Source: a virus
Lineage: Duplodnaviria; Caudoviricetes
Virus record (IMG/VR): IMGVR_UViG_3300032324_000909
Span: 76,532-140,531 of that record
Reading direction: 5' to 3' (one strand)
Length of the DNA stretch: 64,000 bases
In this document: piece by piece, positions 59,790 through 64,000 of the stretch
How the letters are laid out: each line of letters starts with the position of its first letter
Numbering within the stretch: the first letter of the stretch is position 1
Notes under the pieces: model-generated
Databases searched by the model: none
What the model was told of the DNA's origin: nothing
Seen by the model: the letters and a program-made list of their open reading frames with translations, nothing else
Made by a program: the position numbers and the translations under genes

Positions 59790-60830
59790 AGCTAAATTAT
59801 TTATAACATATTACACTAACGCATATAAATTACACAATTATATATTAAAATACAAGCCCGGCACGTTAAAATACAATTCTTATACTGTTTATACTCACAT
59901 ATATACCCTTAATAAACCCTAAATACAGTTTACCCTATCCTTTTATATACTTACAAGATTTAAATATATTTACATTTAATTTTACTATACCCTATCGGGA
60001 ACATCTTACCCCCTATTTCCCTGTACTACTAATCCGTACCGCCCCTATCGGGTACAGTTTTAAACACCCAATCACCCGCCCTATCGCACCCCCAATTACA
60101 CCCTATAATACCCTATCACACCCCCCACAAAAACCTACCTCCCAAACACCCTAAAAACACAAAATAACACTGTAGAAACAAAAGAAATAAACACTTCTTC
60201 TAATAGGGTAAATAAACGTTTCATATATAAGTAGAATATAATAAGTAATAGGAATAAAGTAAACAGTAAGTAGTAATGAAAGGAATATAATAGATATACC
60301 GTATATATTGTATATAGAAGTAGTAGTGTTATAAAGTAAAAAGAACATTGCCACTTATATAATTATAAAAATTTACAAAAATAAAAAATAATTGTAAAAA
60401 TAAATCGTGTGTAGAGTAATTTACATAAACATATTCTCATTCATAGTATGAATTCCTTATAAAACCCCTAATTAACAGAGTAAAATGCCAATTCATATAT
60501 TAAAAATGTTAAGGGAGAGTGTTCCGGTGTTGAGTTGTCCGCAAAGAAAAAAGCGCAGGGAGAAAATTAGAAGAAAAATAAAAAACATAAGATTATATAG
60601 GAACGTGGTTGATACAGTGCAGTATAATTCAATTAGTTTTTGGTTGAGTAAGATCATTTATAGCATGTATTAATTTTTTGTATTTACCCCTAGGCCCGGC
60701 TTAATAACTACAGAGTAAATTGGACATATCGGCCCGGCTGATTGGGGCCATTTTTGATTTAAAAGTCAATTAAAATAATAACAAATTTAGATACATTTAG
60801 TCATATCTGTAAGGATTATATAGAATTATC
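59790..60830. other. long non-coding region, candidate origin/terminus
   Basis: Largest gap between divergent genes; C-rich then A-rich skew; CCCTAT repeats. Confidence 0.45.
59933..60126 (+). repeat. CCC(T/A)AT repeats; G-quadruplex consensus on minus strand
   Basis: Copies at 59933, 59990, 60011, 60043, 60067, 60079, 60091, 60101, 60111. Confidence 0.8.
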
Positions 60831-60865
60831 TTGCATTTGTACCCATTTAGAACTATCATAAAACC

Positions 60866-61777
60866 ATGCACCGTACTGGTTATTGCTGTATAAATCTTAC
60901 CCTAGATGAGAGTTTCAAAACTATGAAGCTCACTTGGGCAAATAAGAATGAGAACATAGTAGAAGAAAAGTGGAAGAGTATAGTAGAACATAATATAAAC
61001 TTATTGGTAAAAATTACTAATTGGAATATTGCAAATAATATATTCTTATATAGGATTAGTAGTGATCTTATTCCTTTTGCAGATCATGAGAAGTGGGGGT
61101 ATCTTTGGAAGGATAGTCTAGACAGTGAGTGGATGAGGGAGTTGGTAGAACCGGCCCGGCATGTCCTAAGACTTTATAGAAGTCTAGGCGGCAGGCTAAC
61201 TATTCACCCCGGCCAATTTGTGAGCTTGAGTTCGCCAAATAAGCAGACAAGGGTTAATAGTATAGCCCATCTAGAGTATCATGGAGAACTTTTAGACTTA
61301 TTAGAACTACCTTGTAATTATGATTGTCCTATAAATATACATATAAGTAATGGTACTAAAGGAGAAGCTGTAGTTGATAATGTTAAGGAGAGTTTAGAAC
61401 TACTATCTTTAAGTGTTACTAGAAGATTGGTATTTGAGAACGAGCAGAGTGGCTATTGGAAGCCCGGCAATATAAAGAAACACTTTAAAGTACCTATTAC
61501 ATTAGATTTTCATCATCTATTAATTAATCCACATCATGAAGATGAGTATACTCTGGACGAAATAGTCAAATTTACGAGCGAAAGTTGGCCAAATAATGAC
61601 CCCGTACAGCATTGGTCAGAGGGCCGGGCCCACGAAAAGGATGTGGCCCACAGTGACTACGTATCCAAGATGCCGGATTCTCCATATGATATAGAAGTAG
61701 AAGCAAAGAAAAAAGAATTGAGTGTAATACCACATTTGCGAAATAGAAATTGCCAAATAAGTAATGTATTATATTGA
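60866..61777 (+). CDS. uvsE: UV damage endonuclease
   Basis: GYCCIN, YRISSDLIP, HPGQF, INIH, VFENE, LDFHH, HWS, AHSD, EVEAKKKE. Confidence 0.92.
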   Translation: MHRTGYCCINLTLDESFKTMKLTWANKNENIVEEKWKSIVEHNINLLVKITNWNIANNIFLYRISSDLIPFADHEKWGYLWKDSLDSEWMRELVEPARHVLRLYRSLGGRLTIHPGQFVSLSSPNKQTRVNSIAHLEYHGELLDLLELPCNYDCPINIHISNGTKGEAVVDNVKESLELLSLSVTRRLVFENEQSGYWKPGNIKKHFKVPITLDFHHLLINPHHEDEYTLDEIVKFTSESWPNNDPVQHWSEGRAHEKDVAHSDYVSKMPDSPYDIEVEAKKKELSVIPHLRNRNCQISNVLY

Positions 61778-61854
61778 ATTTGTGAACAAAAAGTTGCTAA
61801 ATAATAAGTAATGGTTAAATGCTGTTATTTGATGTAATATTACATTAAACCAAT

Positions 61855-62325
61855 ATGAGTAATTGTATATTTTGTAATAAAGAAATTTTAAATAACGGGT
61901 CATTAACTGCACACCAAAAAACATGCAAAGAAAATCCAAATAAAATTAAATTTTTTCATTCTCCCAATGCTGGTAAACAAAAAGGGTCAATTGCTTGGAA
62001 TAAGGGAATGGTTTATGAAAATGAAAATTTAGAAAGAGTTATACAACAAATAGAAACTGGTAATTATAAAAGATTTGGGGAAGCACATATAAGAAGAAGG
62101 GTTAAAAAGTATTTAATTCATAAACATGGACATAAATGCATGATGTGTGCTTTGACCGAGTGGCAGAACGTGCCTATACCTTTAGTTACTGATCATATAG
62201 ATGGAGATTCTACTAATAATGAAATTTCTAATTTTAGAATTATATGCAATAATTGTGACTCTGTACTGCCAACATTTAAAGGAAAAAATATTGGCAAAGG
62301 AAGAAAATTAAGATATAATGTATGA
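61855..62325 (+). CDS. HNH homing endonuclease-like protein
   Basis: C2HC finger, AWNKG, CMMC, DHIDGD..NN...N....CNNC; adjacent to tRNA. Confidence 0.8.
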   Translation: MSNCIFCNKEILNNGSLTAHQKTCKENPNKIKFFHSPNAGKQKGSIAWNKGMVYENENLERVIQQIETGNYKRFGEAHIRRRVKKYLIHKHGHKCMMCALTEWQNVPIPLVTDHIDGDSTNNEISNFRIICNNCDSVLPTFKGKNIGKGRKLRYNV

Positions 62326-62330
62326 TACTG

Positions 62331-62421
62331 GGAGCGGTGCCTGAGCGGTCATAAAGGAGCTGTTTACTAAACAGCCGAACCCTAACCGGTTCCGTGGGTT
62401 CGAATCCCACTCGCTCCTCCA
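62331..62421 (+). tRNA. tRNA-Ser(ACT), long variable arm, U73
   Basis: GGAGCGG/TCGCTCC, GCTGT-TTACTAA-ACAGC, GTTCGAATC, CCA. Confidence 0.85.
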
Positions 62422-62456
62422 CCTCCTTATTTACGAACACGAAATTGCCAAATAAT

Positions 62457-62936
62457 ATGATCGAAATAACTGATATACCACAATATATTTTAATAAATGC
62501 TATTAAACGTAGTAAAAAATTAGGACGTTTACATAATAGTATTACAAAAGGTGCCGGAAATATTGCTGGTTATATTGGTCAGGGTCTAGTGGCTAGACAT
62601 TTAAAAGCCGAGGACGCCGATACATATGAATATGATGTAATAAAAGATGAGATTAGATATGAAGTAAAGACAAAGCGTTGTACTAGTAAGCCAAAGCCAG
62701 AATACGAATGCAGTATATCAGAAGCAAATACAGGACAAGAATGTGATTATTATGTATTTGTACGTGTTATGGATGATTTTTCAAAAGCATGGATACTAGG
62801 AAAGAAAAAGCCAAAAAAGTATTTTAAACAGGCTAGGTTTTGCAAAAAGGGCGACGTTGACGAGAAGAGCCACCTTGGTTGGAAATTCAAAGGGGATTGC
62901 CATAACCTACCAATAGCAGAACTAGAAGAAATTTAA
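62457..62936 (+). CDS. PD-(D/E)XK-like nuclease
   Basis: YD......YEVKTK, CDYYVF; start moved to ATG 62457 (track start lies in tRNA). Confidence 0.7.
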   Translation: MIEITDIPQYILINAIKRSKKLGRLHNSITKGAGNIAGYIGQGLVARHLKAEDADTYEYDVIKDEIRYEVKTKRCTSKPKPEYECSISEANTGQECDYYVFVRVMDDFSKAWILGKKKPKKYFKQARFCKKGDVDEKSHLGWKFKGDCHNLPIAELEEI

Positions 62937-62948
62937 TTTAAATAATTT

Positions 62949-63080
62949 ATGAACGAAAACACGCCAAATAAGAGTACCGGCGTCGGGAAGGGTGATAAGG
63001 ATAGGTCAAGCTATTCAAAAAAATATAAAGATAACTATGATTTAATTGATTGGAAAAAGAAACGTAAGACTGATAAGTAA
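62949..63080 (+). CDS. small basic protein (not in ORF track)
   Basis: GKGDKDR...KYKDNYDLIDW, a common small phage protein pattern. Confidence 0.6.
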   Translation: MNENTPNKSTGVGKGDKDRSSYSKKYKDNYDLIDWKKKRKTDK

Positions 63081-63297
63081 ATTTACGAACGCGAAACGGC
63101 CAAATAATATAATACTTATTTACGAATAGAAAAATGCCAAATAATACGTATAATAAACATGGACGGAAAAACATGTTTAATTATATCAGAAATCATAGTA
63201 TTTTTATTAAAATTAATATCAGGCAATTAATTCGGGGTTAGAATAAAAATGAATTAAAAGTTGACACAAGGGACAATTACCTGTAATATAATACCAT

Positions 63298-63382
63298 GCT
63301 CTGGTGGCGGAATTGGCAGACGCCCGGGTTTTAGGCACCCGTGCCGCAAGGCGTGAGAGTTCGAGTCTCTCCTAGAGCACCA
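63298..63382 (+). tRNA. tRNA-Leu(TAG)
   Basis: CGGGT-TTTAGGC-ACCCG, V-arm, CCA; TTGACA-17-TAATAT upstream. Confidence 0.95.
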
Positions 63383-63402
63383 CAATTAAAAACAAATTAA
63401 AA

Positions 63403-63723
63403 ATGACAAACAACAAACGAGGACGTAAAGCTGGCAGTGGAAGTTTCATGAGTGTTTCACTCGCGGAGCTTAATGCAAATCTTAAACCAAACGCACGAGT
63501 AATTGTGTGGGGTAGATATGCACAGATGCTAGGACTATCCGGCAAGAAGATCGATGCCAAGCCAGACGCACTTATCGCTGCAGTTGCTGGTGGCAAGAGC
63601 GACGTGGAATTGGACACCTTTGAAGAGAAGGTGGAGGCAACGGAAAAGACAGAGAAATCCGGTGCGCCTCTATTGACCGAACTTGTTCAGAAGGTTTCGG
63701 TCGAGCTTGAAAGTTTCGAATAA
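63403..63723 (+). CDS. hypothetical protein with N-terminal KRGRK
   Basis: 106 aa. Confidence 0.65.
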   Translation: MTNNKRGRKAGSGSFMSVSLAELNANLKPNARVIVWGRYAQMLGLSGKKIDAKPDALIAAVAGGKSDVELDTFEEKVEATEKTEKSGAPLLTELVQKVSVELESFE

Positions 63724-63763
63724 AAAGTATTGACCCACACCCAAAACTAGTTTAAAAGAAGGT

Positions 63764-64000
63764 ATGGAAAATTACTTCGAGGAGATGATCGGTCAGGACA
63801 AAACCAAGCGCGTCTTGTCTTTCTATATAGATGCATTTGAGAAGAGTGAAATACTCCCTCATTTATTCGTGGTAGGTCAGCGTGGACAGGGAAAAACCAT
63901 GTTGGCTACACAGGTGGCAAAGAACCTACGTAGCAAGACTCTAGGGCGTGTTAAACCCATGCTCACGATCAACTGCTCTACGCTCAAGAACGTTCGCCAG
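63764..64000 (+). CDS. RuvB-like AAA+ ATPase, N-terminal part
   Basis: FEEMIGQDKTK..L, LPHLFVVGQRGQGKTMLA; runs off window. Confidence 0.75.
   Translation, partial: MENYFEEMIGQDKTKRVLSFYIDAFEKSEILPHLFVVGQRGQGKTMLATQVAKNLRSKTLGRVKPMLTINCSTLKNVRQ

Larger units (their letters stand above)
61217..63145 (+). repeat. dispersed 27-bp motif TTTRYGAR-N9-GCYAAATAA(T/G), eight copies
   Basis: Starts 61217, 61571, 61735, 61779, 62430, 62946, 63082, 63119. Confidence 0.85.

Noticed and set aside
60151-60673. ORFs 60151..60354 and 60485..60673
   Set aside because: Low-complexity translations of skewed non-coding DNA.
62331-62421. Amber suppressor tRNA (CTA)
   Set aside because: The 5-bp stem and 7-nt loop centre the anticodon on ACT, not CTA.
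61217-63145. 27-bp motif as a CRISPR array
   Set aside because: Copies are degenerate, irregularly spaced, have a variable core and lie within genes; no cas operon.

Overview
AT-rich (~33% GC by eye), densely coding 64-kb segment of a large lytic dsDNA (jumbo-type) bacteriophage; no integrase, rRNA or CRISPR array is visible. 1-17 kb: replication/recombination module (RecA-like, dNMP kinase, DnaB, primase, dCMP deaminase, PD-(D/E)XK nuclease, ClpP, DnaE split into PHP / DEDDh exonuclease / polymerase genes) with a sugar-modification cluster inserted (Gmd end, four glycosyltransferases, FkbM, ColD-like dehydratase). 17-27 kb: MoxR/VWA pair, MazG-like gene and minus-strand virion-like genes. 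27-44 kb: many small accessory genes behind sigma70-type promoters placed directly on the ATG (leaderless), including a 3.2-kb stretch with no CpG. 44-52 kb: T4 beta-glucosyltransferase-like gene, fibre gene, tRNAs and a tmRNA with a 32-residue tag. 53-60 kb: Thr- and Cys-rich virion-like genes, one interrupted by an in-frame TAA and one carrying a thrombospondin-1-like motif. 60-64 kb: ~1-kb non-coding region with a G-quadruplex-type tract, followed by eight same-strand copies of a fixed-spacing 27-bp motif, UvsE, HNH, two tRNAs and a partial RuvB-like gene. The most unusual signals are the 27-bp motif array beside the non-coding region, the CpG-free island, a long-variable-arm tRNA-Gln, tRNA-Ser(ACT), the two-class promoter grammar and the TAA-split fibre gene. 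Protein calls come from motif recognition only; no searches were run.
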